Sequence record: MN850635.1
Length of the DNA stretch: 64,000 bases
Direction: 5' to 3' (one strand)
Source of the DNA: Escherichia phage bumzen
The notes under the pieces were generated by a model, which was not told where the DNA came from, did not search any database, and saw nothing but the letters and a program-made list of their open reading frames with translations. The translations under genes and the position numbers were made by a program. Of the stretch, positions 14,503-24,718 are shown one piece after another; positions within the stretch are counted from its first letter, which is position 1; each line of letters begins with the position of its first letter.

Positions 14503-14808
14503 TCATTTCCTCTTGCCACCAATTTCTACGTCAATAACTTGAACATCACCAGCAACATCAAACTTATGAATGATGCTTTCCACAGTGTAAGTCCAACCAT
14601 CAATGCGAACCAACTCACCTTCTCGTGGGACGATTGGGTTACGTTGAGCTACCGTTGTAGTAGAGTGAACAACATCATAACAATAGATATAGTTTACTAG
14701 GACTTCCATCGTGAAACCCTCACTCAATAACCGTAGTGTGTGATTGACCATTTTTGCCATAGCTATAAGATGTTGTTGTTTGGGAGTTTGGACATCTGAC
14801 AACAACAA
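14503..14808 (-). CDS. hypothetical protein (start uncertain)
   Basis: ORF overlaps upstream lipoprotein gene; real start probably an internal Met. Confidence 0.3.
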   Translation of the reverse strand: MLLSDVQTPKQQHLIAMAKMVNHTLRLLSEGFTMEVLVNYIYCYDVVHSTTTVAQRNPIVPREGELVRIDGWTYTVESIIHKFDVAGDVQVIDVEIGGKRK

Positions 14809-14956
14809 TATCTCTGCTTATAGCATCACCATGTAACTTGTATACTCTGCAATCTTGCATCTCTGGTGGGAGGCTGTAAGAAGCATTTTTATCTTCATAA
14901 GAAGGGTTGCAGCCAGATAGAAAAATAACACCAAGCGCAATTACTGATTTCCACAT
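14720..14956 (-). CDS. small lipoprotein
   Basis: Signal peptide with lipobox MWKSVIALGVIFLSGC; start set at internal Met. Confidence 0.4.
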   Translation of the reverse strand: MWKSVIALGVIFLSGCNPSYEDKNASYSLPPEMQDCRVYKLHGDAISRDIVVVRCPNSQTTTSYSYGKNGQSHTTVIE

Positions 14957-15143
14957 AATACACCCCTGTTTACTGTTCACGATGCTCTACTTCTCTGTAT
15001 GTACGTCGATAATGAATGATAAGTGGTGCTAATTCATTGCTTTTAACATTTGAGCGTAACAGTTGCCAGTCAAAACCTTTACCAACTCTTCCATATAAAT
15101 TAAAAAACTTAACTTTGCGTTTCATTTTCGGTATCTCCAATAT

Positions 15144-15371
15144 TCAGAGGTTAATATTAATACGTTCGCCCTTAAGGACTCCAGTACGGTCCCTTGCAAT
15201 CTTACCATCAACAATAAGGATATGCGCAGACCTTAAAGAGTCATTATTAAAACCTTTTACGAACTTACTAGGCATCACTACAATAAGCATCTCCTGAATC
15301 AACTCTGGAGTATAGCAGTTATCATGAAGTTGTTGGATAACGTCTGCAAGTGTCATTTTTGATGTCTCCAA
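15144..15371 (-). CDS. hypothetical small protein
   Basis: 75 aa ORF. Confidence 0.3.
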   Translation of the reverse strand: METSKMTLADVIQQLHDNCYTPELIQEMLIVVMPSKFVKGFNNDSLRSAHILIVDGKIARDRTGVLKGERININL

Positions 15372-15562
15372 TACTCAATGTCAATAAGTTCTTGTGCAAT
15401 GCTTTTCAGATTACCTTTCAAGAAAACCTTCTCAGAACCTGAAAGAGATGAATTGTCAATTAACCTGTTCATTCTCTCAAACAACTTCTGCTTACGGTTC
15501 TTGATAGTTTCCTTTGAAGCGCCTTTCATCATCGCTGCATGGGTTCTTCCACGATGGCTCAT
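15353..15562 (-). CDS. hypothetical small basic protein
   Basis: 69 aa ORF. Confidence 0.3.
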   Translation of the reverse strand: MSHRGRTHAAMMKGASKETIKNRKQKLFERMNRLIDNSSLSGSEKVFLKGNLKSIAQELIDIEYWRHQK

Positions 15563-15613
15563 AAGTCCTCCTATACAAGATATTGTATAAGGTACTCTTC
15601 CCTGAGCACCTTG

Positions 15614-16147
15614 TCAACTTAGTTTTGCAAACTCTCCGTGGAGTTTAATAGCAGCTTCACAGTAAGCTTTATGGGCTTCTTCAGGGGTGTCATGGTGACC
15701 TAAAAACATCTTCTTACCTTTATAACTTATCTGTGCGACCCACTTACCAGACTTCTTCTTAAGACTTACACCCTTGTACCCAGATTTATTGGTGACTGGT
15801 TTACCTTTATTCCAAGCACTTTGAAAATCATCTGCTTCCCTTAAGTTTACAATCCTGTTGTCAAGTGAGTCTCCGTTGATATGGTCAATGATACCTTTTG
15901 GCATCTTGCCATACACGTAAAGCCATGCGAGTCTGTGTGCTTTATGTGCTTTCTTGTCAAAATAGATACTAATCTGTTTATGACCACTTGAATCAGTCTG
16001 GATATTACCTGCCACCTTTCCTGCATAATTACTGTTAAAAACACTAACAGCTCTTGATTTACCTTCTCTACGAAGCCAAGTAAAGACCCCTGTTTCGGGG
16101 TCATAGTGCAGCAGCTCCTTTAAACGTTTTTGTAAAATTAAATCCAT
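15614..16147 (-). CDS. HNH homing endonuclease
   Basis: 177 aa; paralog of 25743-26243 (shared LHYDPETGVFTW, HRLAW, IDHINGD..DNR..NLR, SGYKGVS); sits beside DNA polymerase gene. Confidence 0.7.
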   Translation of the reverse strand: MDLILQKRLKELLHYDPETGVFTWLRREGKSRAVSVFNSNYAGKVAGNIQTDSSGHKQISIYFDKKAHKAHRLAWLYVYGKMPKGIIDHINGDSLDNRIVNLREADDFQSAWNKGKPVTNKSGYKGVSLKKKSGKWVAQISYKGKKMFLGHHDTPEEAHKAYCEAAIKLHGEFAKLS

Positions 16148-16150
16148 TAA

Positions 16151-18880
16151 TCAATGTACCTCATACCAGCTCTTACCAACCTTTGCTGTACCAGTTACAA
16201 GTGTTTCTTTCCTCAAACCTAAGTTTTTTGAAGCTTGTCCATACATCCAGTCAGCAATTGCTTTCATATCATGTGTCATACCCTCTGGACATTCCCAACT
16301 ATTTTCATCGTGATATGCCAGAAGTAACCTTGCTCCGATAGCTGGTTTTCGAGCATTCAGTTTTGTCAGGCCATCTTCACAGGCTTTTCTTGCTGCTAGG
16401 TTGATGGCCTCATTCTGAATCTGTGCTTCCGAACTCATCAGGAGGTAGTTCAGTAGTTTATGTGGAGATTTGCACCATATCCATGCTCCAGCGACCCTGA
16501 TATAACCACCTTTAGCAATTGAAGAATTCTTCCCAAAAACCTCTTCCAGAGCCTTTTTAGACGCCTTAAAATCGGCTTCTAAACTATCAAGTAACTTCTT
16601 AATCTTTGGCAGACGCATATAGTAAGTTTGTTTAGTCAATGCACCTTCTTCCGTAGATGATGCCTTGATAGTTTTTGCAAACTTCTCGTCTCCGGCTCCA
16701 AATAACAGGGCGTAGATGCCATTTTTGCTCTTCTTACGGCCTTTTGTAATCTCGTGAAGAAGTTCCTCATCCTGTGTCTCCCTACAACGAACAATATCTT
16801 CTTCCTTGTTCAGACCAAAGTAAATACTGTTCAGTGTATGCGCATCAGTCCCTGTGTAGACTTCATAGAGGTCGTTCTCAGCATCATAACGAAGATACTT
16901 GTCAGTTTCTGGATTAAGATACTTATCGAGATGCTTGCAATAGTATCTGCCATCCTCTTGCTTAGTGAACTCTACTGACTCTTTACCCTCAGTTACCGCT
17001 TTAGTGAAGTCTTCATCACCCATAAAGTTACAAAGAAGAACTAGCTGTGCAGAGTTCTGGTCAACTGAAACGATATTAGTACCTTCCTCGCAAATCCAAA
17101 CCTCCCTCATAGGTGCTCCATAGACAGCAGCACCAGACGGTACGTTTACAATACCATATTGTGTCATACGTCCAGTTGAAGTACCAAACACCATTGCACC
17201 AGCACTAAGGCGACCATCAGGACGAATCTGGTTCAACCAACCTTTTTCATCATCCTTTGAGTTCTCAATAGTTCTGCGTCTGTGCATCAAAGTATAGTAC
17301 TTAGCAATCTTCTGTCCAAGCTCACCTTCAATCGTATCATAAGATGACTCAGTAAGTTTTGGTGAAGTACGGATTAAGCAAGGCTCAAGCAAATCTGTGT
17401 ATTTCTTCACAGACCAGTTATGCTCAATGTACTGGACACCTTCATGTTCAACATAACTTAAACCACATCGTTCCACCATCTCCTGCCACTTAGGATGTTT
17501 TGTAATCATCTTTTTATTGTCTTTGAAACGACAAACTTTGACAGGGCGACCGTCTGAGTCTTTCTTGTAGTTCCAGTCATCTGGAATCCAACCAACTGAT
17601 TTCAAGTAGTCTTTAACAACTGCTACCTGAGTCATACGAGAAACTTCAAACTCAATTGGTGTATATGGTGCATCAATCAAACCTGTGTAGCGACTTGACT
17701 CAAGTTCAAAGTGGTTAACAACGTGGCTGTTATAGTACTTCACAGTTTTGACTGTTTTTACTGGCTTCCAGTCTTTGCATTTCTTACCAATCTTTGCATT
17801 CAACTCATTGCAAATTGCACGAGCATCCTTCATTGCTACAAAACCTTCCTTGTACTCTTCACCAGTTACAGAGTTGGTTGGTGTATAGCAATTCCTTTTT
17901 TCAATGTTAAAAATCTTTGTAGTTGGCTTACCAAATGGCTTGATTTCATATGTCTGCATCTCACCGTTACGTACCTGCTGACGGTACTTCGTCTTAGGGT
18001 ACTTGGTAATTCTCTTCAGTCCATCTGCATGACCAAATGTTTCAACATACTCATTCCAAGCCCTTGCAAACTCTTCTCCAGTGACTTTACCTTTGGTCTT
18101 AATAGTTGGAGGAAGATGTGGTTCAACCTCTGAAGCAAGCTCATTAGTCAACTTGTCAAGTTCCTTTACATGGAACTCCATAAGCTCTTTGTCAGCTTTC
18201 CAACCATTGATAGCTTGCTGGCTCATCCAGAAAGATGTCTCTTTAGCTCGCATGTAGGTTTCATAAGTGTCTATGCCACACTTCTTAAGCTTGAGATACT
18301 CATTATCAAGTGCCCGTTTAGTTTTGGCGTTAATACGGATATCTTCTACAACACGAGTGAAGATTTCTGCATTCCACACACCCCAATGCTCAATCTCTGG
18401 CTTACGAACACCAACACGAGCACCCCATGCAGCCAAGCCATGAGCACCTTTATAACCCTTTGGGGTTGGTCTATCCATCCACTGAACACGAGACTGGATA
18501 AGAGAGTCCTGAAAGAAATTACTCCACGGTTTACACTTTGGATTATCAAAGTTCCATAAATCAGGTGCAATGTGATTGAAAACCCACCAGTCATAACCGA
18601 GACCATTATGGATGCAAAGACGTTTTGCCTTTAACGCAAATTCAACACCTTCACGTAAACCACCTTTGATGTACTTGGTATACTTGTGACCGAGGATAGG
18701 CTCATCTGTAAAGACCCATACAGGTGGCTCTTCATCGTCAGATTTATAGTCTGCGAAAGCCATTACGTGCACTTTAGTGAACTCAAGGAGTAAACCATCA
18801 GTTTCTGTATCACCAACCAAATGTAAGTTTTTAAAATCTACGTTTTCCATTTTTACTCCCTCTAAAATCATTAACCTCAT
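16151..18880 (-). CDS. DNA polymerase, family A, with 3'-5' exonuclease domain
   Basis: 909 aa; N-terminal exo motif VGDTETDGL; motif C-like LLLAYHDEN; motif A-like DQNSAQL. Confidence 0.85.
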   Translation of the reverse strand: MRLMILEGVKMENVDFKNLHLVGDTETDGLLLEFTKVHVMAFADYKSDDEEPPVWVFTDEPILGHKYTKYIKGGLREGVEFALKAKRLCIHNGLGYDWWVFNHIAPDLWNFDNPKCKPWSNFFQDSLIQSRVQWMDRPTPKGYKGAHGLAAWGARVGVRKPEIEHWGVWNAEIFTRVVEDIRINAKTKRALDNEYLKLKKCGIDTYETYMRAKETSFWMSQQAINGWKADKELMEFHVKELDKLTNELASEVEPHLPPTIKTKGKVTGEEFARAWNEYVETFGHADGLKRITKYPKTKYRQQVRNGEMQTYEIKPFGKPTTKIFNIEKRNCYTPTNSVTGEEYKEGFVAMKDARAICNELNAKIGKKCKDWKPVKTVKTVKYYNSHVVNHFELESSRYTGLIDAPYTPIEFEVSRMTQVAVVKDYLKSVGWIPDDWNYKKDSDGRPVKVCRFKDNKKMITKHPKWQEMVERCGLSYVEHEGVQYIEHNWSVKKYTDLLEPCLIRTSPKLTESSYDTIEGELGQKIAKYYTLMHRRRTIENSKDDEKGWLNQIRPDGRLSAGAMVFGTSTGRMTQYGIVNVPSGAAVYGAPMREVWICEEGTNIVSVDQNSAQLVLLCNFMGDEDFTKAVTEGKESVEFTKQEDGRYYCKHLDKYLNPETDKYLRYDAENDLYEVYTGTDAHTLNSIYFGLNKEEDIVRCRETQDEELLHEITKGRKKSKNGIYALLFGAGDEKFAKTIKASSTEEGALTKQTYYMRLPKIKKLLDSLEADFKASKKALEEVFGKNSSIAKGGYIRVAGAWIWCKSPHKLLNYLLMSSEAQIQNEAINLAARKACEDGLTKLNARKPAIGARLLLAYHDENSWECPEGMTHDMKAIADWMYGQASKNLGLRKETLVTGTAKVGKSWYEVH

Positions 18881-19107
18881 ACATTACTGCAAAAAATTAT
18901 AAAAAGCAAGTTGACAATGCACTTGACAAGGTGTTAATCTTTGCGAAGTGGGTTTTTACTTAAAAGGTTACTTAACAGTTTAACTATACAGATACTTTAA
19001 AACTCTTAAAAGATTATTTAATAGCTTTTAAAAAGCTTTAAAGTATAACGTATAGAATACGTTAAGATAAAAGATTAAAACTTAATAGTTACTTAAAAGA
19101 GGCTTAC

Positions 19108-19530
19108 ATGCAGAAAATGTTTGTTCACCCAGACATAGCTGACTTTGTTAGAGCTTTGCAGAAGTTGGAAGAACTTGACATTGCTGCTCAACGGGAATAT
19201 GCTCACCATCACAGGAGAATGGTTGATATACAACATGAAATAGAGTTATCTGAAAACTATGAAGATGACTTAAAATGCTCTGTGTTTGAGCATATGAAAG
19301 ATGTTGCTACAGCGAGACGTAAAGCTAAAGACACAGTTGCTTTACTAGACTCTCTTAAAAAGAGGTTGCAAAGTGGTACAGACCTGTGTAATCTAGCGTC
19401 ACTGATTAACGATGTTGAAACTTCTTGGGATAGGCACTATTATCCACGTTCTGAAAAGACACTTGACTTTTCTTCATCCGAAAACTTAAAATGTTCTAGA
19501 AAGAAACTTAACCAACTGAGAGAGAAATAA
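19108..19530 (+). CDS. hypothetical protein
   Basis: 140 aa ORF, first gene of plus-strand block. Confidence 0.5.
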   Translation: MQKMFVHPDIADFVRALQKLEELDIAAQREYAHHHRRMVDIQHEIELSENYEDDLKCSVFEHMKDVATARRKAKDTVALLDSLKKRLQSGTDLCNLASLINDVETSWDRHYYPRSEKTLDFSSSENLKCSRKKLNQLREK

Positions 19531-19531
19531 T

Positions 19532-20332
19532 ATGAATATCGATGTAGAAAAGATGCTTGAAGAAAAAGGTATTGACGAAGCATTTTTAATCAATGCCGTA
19601 GAAAGCATGGCTATGATTCTTCGTGGGAACAACTACACAGAACAGTTTATGCCTTCAAGCTATAACTTGCCTGAAGACAAGTCTGATAATGGTGCTTTTG
19701 CAGAACAGGTTAACATGATGTTGACAGACACTACACTTGCTTTAGCATCTATAGTCGTAGGTGTTGATGCTCTTGCAGAGTTCATTTTTAAGGAGATGCA
19801 GAAAAATGACTATATCTCCCTTAACTCTGAAGAAAAGGACTTATTACTGTCATTAGGTAATAATGAGTTAATTTCCATGATAATTTCATCAACAAGTGCT
19901 GTTATGGCTGCTCTTGAGAAGCGAATGGGAGAGAAGCTGTCACGATATGAAAAACTTGATTGGGGGGTAGAAGAACTAAACCCACGAATCCAAGAAATTA
20001 TCCAGCAAACCAAAGATTCTTTGGAAGAAGCTGTTGAAAATGACTCTGTAGCTGATATAGAACCACTTCAGGTGAAAGTTGCACTGATGATTCCAGCTAT
20101 CTCTACGATGATGAATATCGTTGCACTAATCCAACTTTCACAGATGATGGGTGTAAGTATTGAGTTCATTGAGGAGATGACTGGTGGCGTTAGTATGCAA
20201 GCCATCAATGATGTTTTGGTGAACATTGGTGCTTCAATCATTGAAGAAAAACTACGCATTAACTTCGGTGATGATTTTGTGAAGCAAATCTCAGCTATGG
20301 CTGAAAAAGAGTATGCTGACCAACTGCACTAA
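19532..20332 (+). CDS. hypothetical acidic protein
   Basis: 266 aa ORF. Confidence 0.5.
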   Translation: MNIDVEKMLEEKGIDEAFLINAVESMAMILRGNNYTEQFMPSSYNLPEDKSDNGAFAEQVNMMLTDTTLALASIVVGVDALAEFIFKEMQKNDYISLNSEEKDLLLSLGNNELISMIISSTSAVMAALEKRMGEKLSRYEKLDWGVEELNPRIQEIIQQTKDSLEEAVENDSVADIEPLQVKVALMIPAISTMMNIVALIQLSQMMGVSIEFIEEMTGGVSMQAINDVLVNIGASIIEEKLRINFGDDFVKQISAMAEKEYADQLH

Positions 20333-20350
20333 GTCTTTATAAATCTTACA

Positions 20351-20375
20351 AGCCTCCTTAGTTGGGGGCTTTTTA
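20351..20375 (+). terminator. rho-independent terminator
   Basis: agcctcc-ttagttg-ggggct then ttttt. Confidence 0.5.
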
Positions 20376-20393
20376 GTAATTAAGGGAGATAAA

Positions 20394-21137
20394 ATGAGTA
20401 ATATTATCGCATTTACTGGAAAGGCACGTTCTGGAAAAGACACCTCGTGTTCTATTGTGAAGAACATCTTAGAGGATGAGTACGGCTACAATGTTGCAGT
20501 AATGGCCTATGCAGACAACCTTAAACTATCTGCATCAAAGATATTTGACCTGACTTGGAATGACCTGTATGGTGAAACTAAAGAGACTCCACAGGTTTTT
20601 GATTTATCATATCCTGAATTGATGTTCAAAGTTACAGAAGTTATGGAGTTTACCTTCAAAGATGAACGTTACCATATGGATTTTAAGCTTATGTCAGAAC
20701 TAACCGGACGATTAATCATGGAGCTTAAGAAGATTGCTAAACCGACTCTATTAACACGTCTAGGATTTAGCAACAAGTATAAATTCTCATCAAGACAAAT
20801 TCAACAGATTTGGGGTACTGAAGTCATCCGTAAAGTTATGGGTGACAAATTCTGGGCTAAAGACCTTGAAAAACGAATGGCTCGCTTCTTTGAATCTTGT
20901 TCACTTATGAATCAAGAGGGTGTTGTTTTAATCAGTGACTTAAGGTTTGACTCTGAAGCTGAGTGGCTGAGTAGATTTGCACACCAGACTATTGAAGTAA
21001 AAAGAGACAATGTGGACAAGGTTTCATCACATGTTTCAGAAAATGGAATTTCTACCAAATATGCGCGTGACATTATCCATAATAATGGTACTCTTGCAGA
21101 CCTTGAAAGTAAGCTAAGAGCTATCCTGAAGATTTAA
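20394..21137 (+). CDS. deoxynucleoside monophosphate kinase
   Basis: P-loop GKARSGKDT near N-terminus as in phage dNMP kinases; 247 aa; good RBS. Confidence 0.6.
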   Translation: MSNIIAFTGKARSGKDTSCSIVKNILEDEYGYNVAVMAYADNLKLSASKIFDLTWNDLYGETKETPQVFDLSYPELMFKVTEVMEFTFKDERYHMDFKLMSELTGRLIMELKKIAKPTLLTRLGFSNKYKFSSRQIQQIWGTEVIRKVMGDKFWAKDLEKRMARFFESCSLMNQEGVVLISDLRFDSEAEWLSRFAHQTIEVKRDNVDKVSSHVSENGISTKYARDIIHNNGTLADLESKLRAILKI

Positions 21138-21145
21138 AAGAGAGA

Positions 21146-21346
21146 ATGAAGATGAGAGTAAAAGACAATTTTAAAGTTATTGACCACCGTTTAGTGGAAC
21201 TCTCATCTCTTTCCAATGAGGTAATGATTGAACGTCTTAAGAGAGTTGAATCACGAAGGAAAGAGATTGCAGATGAAATTCATGAACTGGACAAGATTGA
21301 AAATGGATTGAAGGCAGAACTACAACGAAGAGGTGCTAATGTCTAA
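21146..21346 (+). CDS. small coiled-coil protein
   Basis: 66 aa ORF. Confidence 0.35.
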   Translation: MKMRVKDNFKVIDHRLVELSSLSNEVMIERLKRVESRRKEIADEIHELDKIENGLKAELQRRGANV

Positions 21347-23324
21347 AGGTCGTAAATTGAAAGAGGCTGGTCAGTTTATTGGTCATTGTGCATGTCCACG
21401 TTGTGGTTCATCAGATGCTGGTTCAATCTATCATCATGACGATGATTCTTATTCGATGACTTGCTTTAGCTGTAACAAAGGTTTCCCAGAGTGGGATTTT
21501 GATAAAGGACAAATCGTGAGCACTTATTCTACTGGTTCAGATAACAAAAACCGTACTTTCCGTGGAATGGATTTAGACGATGTAAAAGAAAACCTAGAAG
21601 CAATGGACTTGAAAGACAGGAAGATTCCTGCAAAAGTCCTTGAACGCTTAGGTATCAAGGTTGACATTGACAGTGACGGTGAAATTGATGCGCATTTCTA
21701 TCCAACTTACAAACGTAATGAAGATGGTAAGCTAGAGCATGTTGGTTACCGTGTTCGTCACCGTTACCCAGAAGACCATCCAAAAGAGCACCTACGTGGT
21801 AAGCTAAAAGACTTTTCTGGTGGTGTTGGAGACATTAAAGGTGAACTGGCAATGTTCGGTTCATGGATTGCTCCAGAAGGTGGTAACCGTCTATTCATCT
21901 GGGAAGGTGAGATGGAATGTGCGACAGCAATCTATATGACTTCTCTTGCGATTAAAGATAAGTCTCGTCGTAAGAATTACTGTCACGTATCTGTACCATC
22001 AGGTGCAAACATTAAGTCTATCAAAGACAACTATCAGTACATCACATCATTTGATGAGATTTACTTGTGCTTTGATAACGATGAAGCAGGTGCTAAAGCC
22101 ACTAAAGAGGCTGCTGGCATTCTCCCTATCGAGAAGGTTCGTTTATTCCAGTATCCAGAGGGTGTAAAAGACCTTAACGAATGGTGGACAAAGTTCTATA
22201 AAGAGAAAGATACAGTTCTTGAAGGGTTTAAGCAGCGTATATACAATGCACCCCGTTACTGCCCTGCTGGTATCAAGAACTTCGCAGATGGTTTTGAGGC
22301 AATGAAGAATCGTGGTCAGATTCCATTGATTCCTTTCCCAGAATCATTCGGAGATTTGAACAGACTGACTTATGGCGGTTATGGTTTAGGTGAGATTACA
22401 ACTCTGGCAGCACCCTCTTCAGTGGGTAAATCTGCATACACTCGTGAAATGATTTACACAGCTTGGAAAGAAACCGATTACAATATTGGTGTAATTCCTG
22501 TAGAAGATACCTATGAAGAGTTGATGGAGATGCTTTGTGCAATCCACCTTAGCAAGCAGATTTCTGAGATTCCTTATGACGAACGCGATTGGGATGAATT
22601 GAAGGAAGCACACGCAGAACTGTCTAAAGGTCGTCGTATCCACATCGTAGACCATCAAGGGGCAATTGACCAAGATAACTTGCTGGAGTTTGTTGACTAT
22701 CTTGTTAATAGCTTAGACTGTAAGATTATTATTCTTGACCCTATTACGTTGGCTCTGTCACGTTCAGATACGGATGAAGAGGAAGTTTTGTCTGAGCTAT
22801 TGCGTCGTTGCAAACGCTACCAGTATGCACAAGTGAACGTCTGTCACGTTCGTAAGAGTGCAGGTGGTCAGAAGGCTAACTCTGAAGGTGGGGATATCTC
22901 TGAAGAGGATATTAAAGGCTCTGGTGCGTATTTCCAGATTTCTATGAACAACATTCTGTTAATGCGTAACAAGGTTGACCCAGACCCTGTTAAGAAAAAC
23001 TTGACAAAAATCAAGCTAACTAAATGTCGTCGTCACGGTAAGTCAACGGGTATTGCTGGTCATACTTGGTACAATCCAGATACAGGACGCCTCATCAAAG
23101 CATCTGGTTGCGGAGTTGACATTGATGGTGCAGCAGAAAATATTCGCCAACAGTTTGGTATTGGTGAAGCTGAAGACCATTACGATGACTCTTTGCCACA
23201 TTATGAGGATGAAGTGTTTGACCGTGAGACTGGTGAAGTCTATACTGAAGAGCAGCGCCAAAGCTCAACGATTCCACCTGTATTAAGTGAGGATGCAGAT
23301 GACTGCCCATTCGAAACTGAGTGA
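21333..23324 (+). CDS. bifunctional DNA primase-helicase (T7 gp4-like)
   Basis: N-terminal Zn-ribbon CACPRCG...CFSCNKG; central primase region; C-terminal helicase with Walker A APSSVGKSA. Confidence 0.85.
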   Translation: MLMSKGRKLKEAGQFIGHCACPRCGSSDAGSIYHHDDDSYSMTCFSCNKGFPEWDFDKGQIVSTYSTGSDNKNRTFRGMDLDDVKENLEAMDLKDRKIPAKVLERLGIKVDIDSDGEIDAHFYPTYKRNEDGKLEHVGYRVRHRYPEDHPKEHLRGKLKDFSGGVGDIKGELAMFGSWIAPEGGNRLFIWEGEMECATAIYMTSLAIKDKSRRKNYCHVSVPSGANIKSIKDNYQYITSFDEIYLCFDNDEAGAKATKEAAGILPIEKVRLFQYPEGVKDLNEWWTKFYKEKDTVLEGFKQRIYNAPRYCPAGIKNFADGFEAMKNRGQIPLIPFPESFGDLNRLTYGGYGLGEITTLAAPSSVGKSAYTREMIYTAWKETDYNIGVIPVEDTYEELMEMLCAIHLSKQISEIPYDERDWDELKEAHAELSKGRRIHIVDHQGAIDQDNLLEFVDYLVNSLDCKIIILDPITLALSRSDTDEEEVLSELLRRCKRYQYAQVNVCHVRKSAGGQKANSEGGDISEEDIKGSGAYFQISMNNILLMRNKVDPDPVKKNLTKIKLTKCRRHGKSTGIAGHTWYNPDTGRLIKASGCGVDIDGAAENIRQQFGIGEAEDHYDDSLPHYEDEVFDRETGEVYTEEQRQSSTIPPVLSEDADDCPFETE

Positions 23325-23580
23325 TAGTTATAAAAGAGAGGGGTTCACACCCTTCTTTGAAGAAAAAAGTTTAAATAAATTTCAGGAAGAGTGTTTGACA
23401 AAGATTGATAGATTCTATAGAATGCTCCTCATGAAATGCGATGGAGAGGTTGAGATAAAAGAAGATTTTCACCAGAGCATGATTACAGTCATCATTGCGC
23501 TGCCTCAGCATAATATTAGTTGGCTGTTTATAATTAAAGAAAATGTGTTTGAATATCAAGTATATCGGAGAATATCATGA
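23287..23580 (+). CDS. hypothetical protein (start uncertain)
   Basis: 97 aa ORF overlapping end of primase-helicase. Confidence 0.3.
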   Translation: MRMQMTAHSKLSDSYKREGFTPFFEEKSLNKFQEECLTKIDRFYRMLLMKCDGEVEIKEDFHQSMITVIIALPQHNISWLFIIKENVFEYQVYRRIS

Positions 23581-23724
23581 AACACTCTAAAGCATTTGAA
23601 AAAGTTTTTGGGGATTCCTTAAAAGCCACTGCTGGAAAACCAGCAAAATACTATGAAGAAAAACGTGTAAGAACTGGAAAAACTGCACGCAAAGCAGCTT
23701 CTAAAGATAAGCACAATTTCCAGT
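23578..23724 (+). CDS. small basic protein (below ORF-track cutoff)
   Basis: 48 codons from ATG at 23578 (MKHSKAFEKVFGD...), ATGA overlap with upstream stop. Confidence 0.3.
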
Positions 23725-23733
23725 AATTAGTAT

Positions 23734-23762
23734 TTGACAATAGGGTATCAACAAACTAGAAT
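23734..23762 (+). promoter_or_regulatory. sigma70-like promoter upstream of SSB gene
   Basis: TTGACA - 17 bp - TAGAAT. Confidence 0.6.
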
Positions 23763-23798
23763 TGGTACTCTTCATAAATTGAGATAGAGGTTTAAATA

Positions 23799-24656
23799 AT
23801 GTCTAAAGTTGTTAAAATGAAAGCTCCGGTAGAGAAGTACAACGGTACTGAACGTCAAACTCTGCGTTACCTGCTGAAAGATGTCTGGTTTTATTACCTG
23901 AACACTTCACCACGTCCGGGGAAAGGTAAGTCTATTGATAAGAAATTCCCAGGCAAAGACTGTAACTACAGCGTATCAATTCTGGCAGAAGACGGTAACA
24001 AACTCTTTAAAGAGTTTACTAAGTCTAAGAAGAACCCAGAAGGTTGGGATAAAGTTACTACTGAAGCAGTTGATGCAGATGACTTCGAAGAGAAGTTTGG
24101 TTGTAAACCACCTTTTGAAGCAGACACTTACTACATCTTGAAAGTAAGTCGTGCAGCAGCTTATAAAGATGGTGCTGTATGGACAGCTAAACAGTCATTC
24201 CCTGTAATGCTGATTGAAGAAGTAAATGGTAAGCGTGTAGCTGTTAAGCAGCCGATGAAGAAAATCAAAGCTCAAGCATCTGATAAACATGAAGATGACA
24301 AGAACTATGATGTAATTCATCCAGATATCGCAGTTGGTAATGGTTCTTTTGGTAGTGTGATTCTTTCTACTCACTTCTACACTTTTGAGAACAATGTTCT
24401 GACAAAACCTATTCAGGAACAGTTTATCATTGATACTCTTGTACCTTACACTGGTGGTAACGGTGCTAATGGTGAACCTGAACTTGATGAAGATGAACTG
24501 GCTATGCTTGGTCTTGATGGTGTTGAAGATAACGGTGAAATCACTGAAGAAGACGCAACAGACCATAAACCTTCGAATGCTTCTGATGATGGTGATGATG
24601 AAGATTTGCCAGACCCAGATGACGAAGAAGATGAAGACTTCGATACAGAAGACTAA
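23799..24656 (+). CDS. single-stranded DNA-binding protein
   Basis: 285 aa with strongly acidic C-terminal tail (DDGDDEDLPDPDDEEDEDFDTED); located between primase-helicase and exonuclease. Confidence 0.5.
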   Translation: MSKVVKMKAPVEKYNGTERQTLRYLLKDVWFYYLNTSPRPGKGKSIDKKFPGKDCNYSVSILAEDGNKLFKEFTKSKKNPEGWDKVTTEAVDADDFEEKFGCKPPFEADTYYILKVSRAAAYKDGAVWTAKQSFPVMLIEEVNGKRVAVKQPMKKIKAQASDKHEDDKNYDVIHPDIAVGNGSFGSVILSTHFYTFENNVLTKPIQEQFIIDTLVPYTGGNGANGEPELDEDELAMLGLDGVEDNGEITEEDATDHKPSNASDDGDDEDLPDPDDEEDEDFDTED

Positions 24657-24718
24657 TCTCTAAAAGTTACTTTAAAGCCCTGTACTTAGTATGGGGCTTT
24701 TTCATATGGAGAGCCATA

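Noticed and set aside
16754-18606. ORFs embedded in the DNA polymerase gene on either strand (16754-16978, 17711-18133, 18170-18559, 18346-18606)
   Set aside because: Contained within a 909 aa gene with clear polymerase motifs; the same reasoning applies to the other embedded ORFs inside nrdA, nrdD, primase-helicase and NAMPT in the track.
16151-18880. Intron or intein interrupting the DNA polymerase gene, suggested by the adjacent HNH endonuclease
   Set aside because: The polymerase reads as one uninterrupted 909 aa frame; the HNH gene is free-standing downstream.
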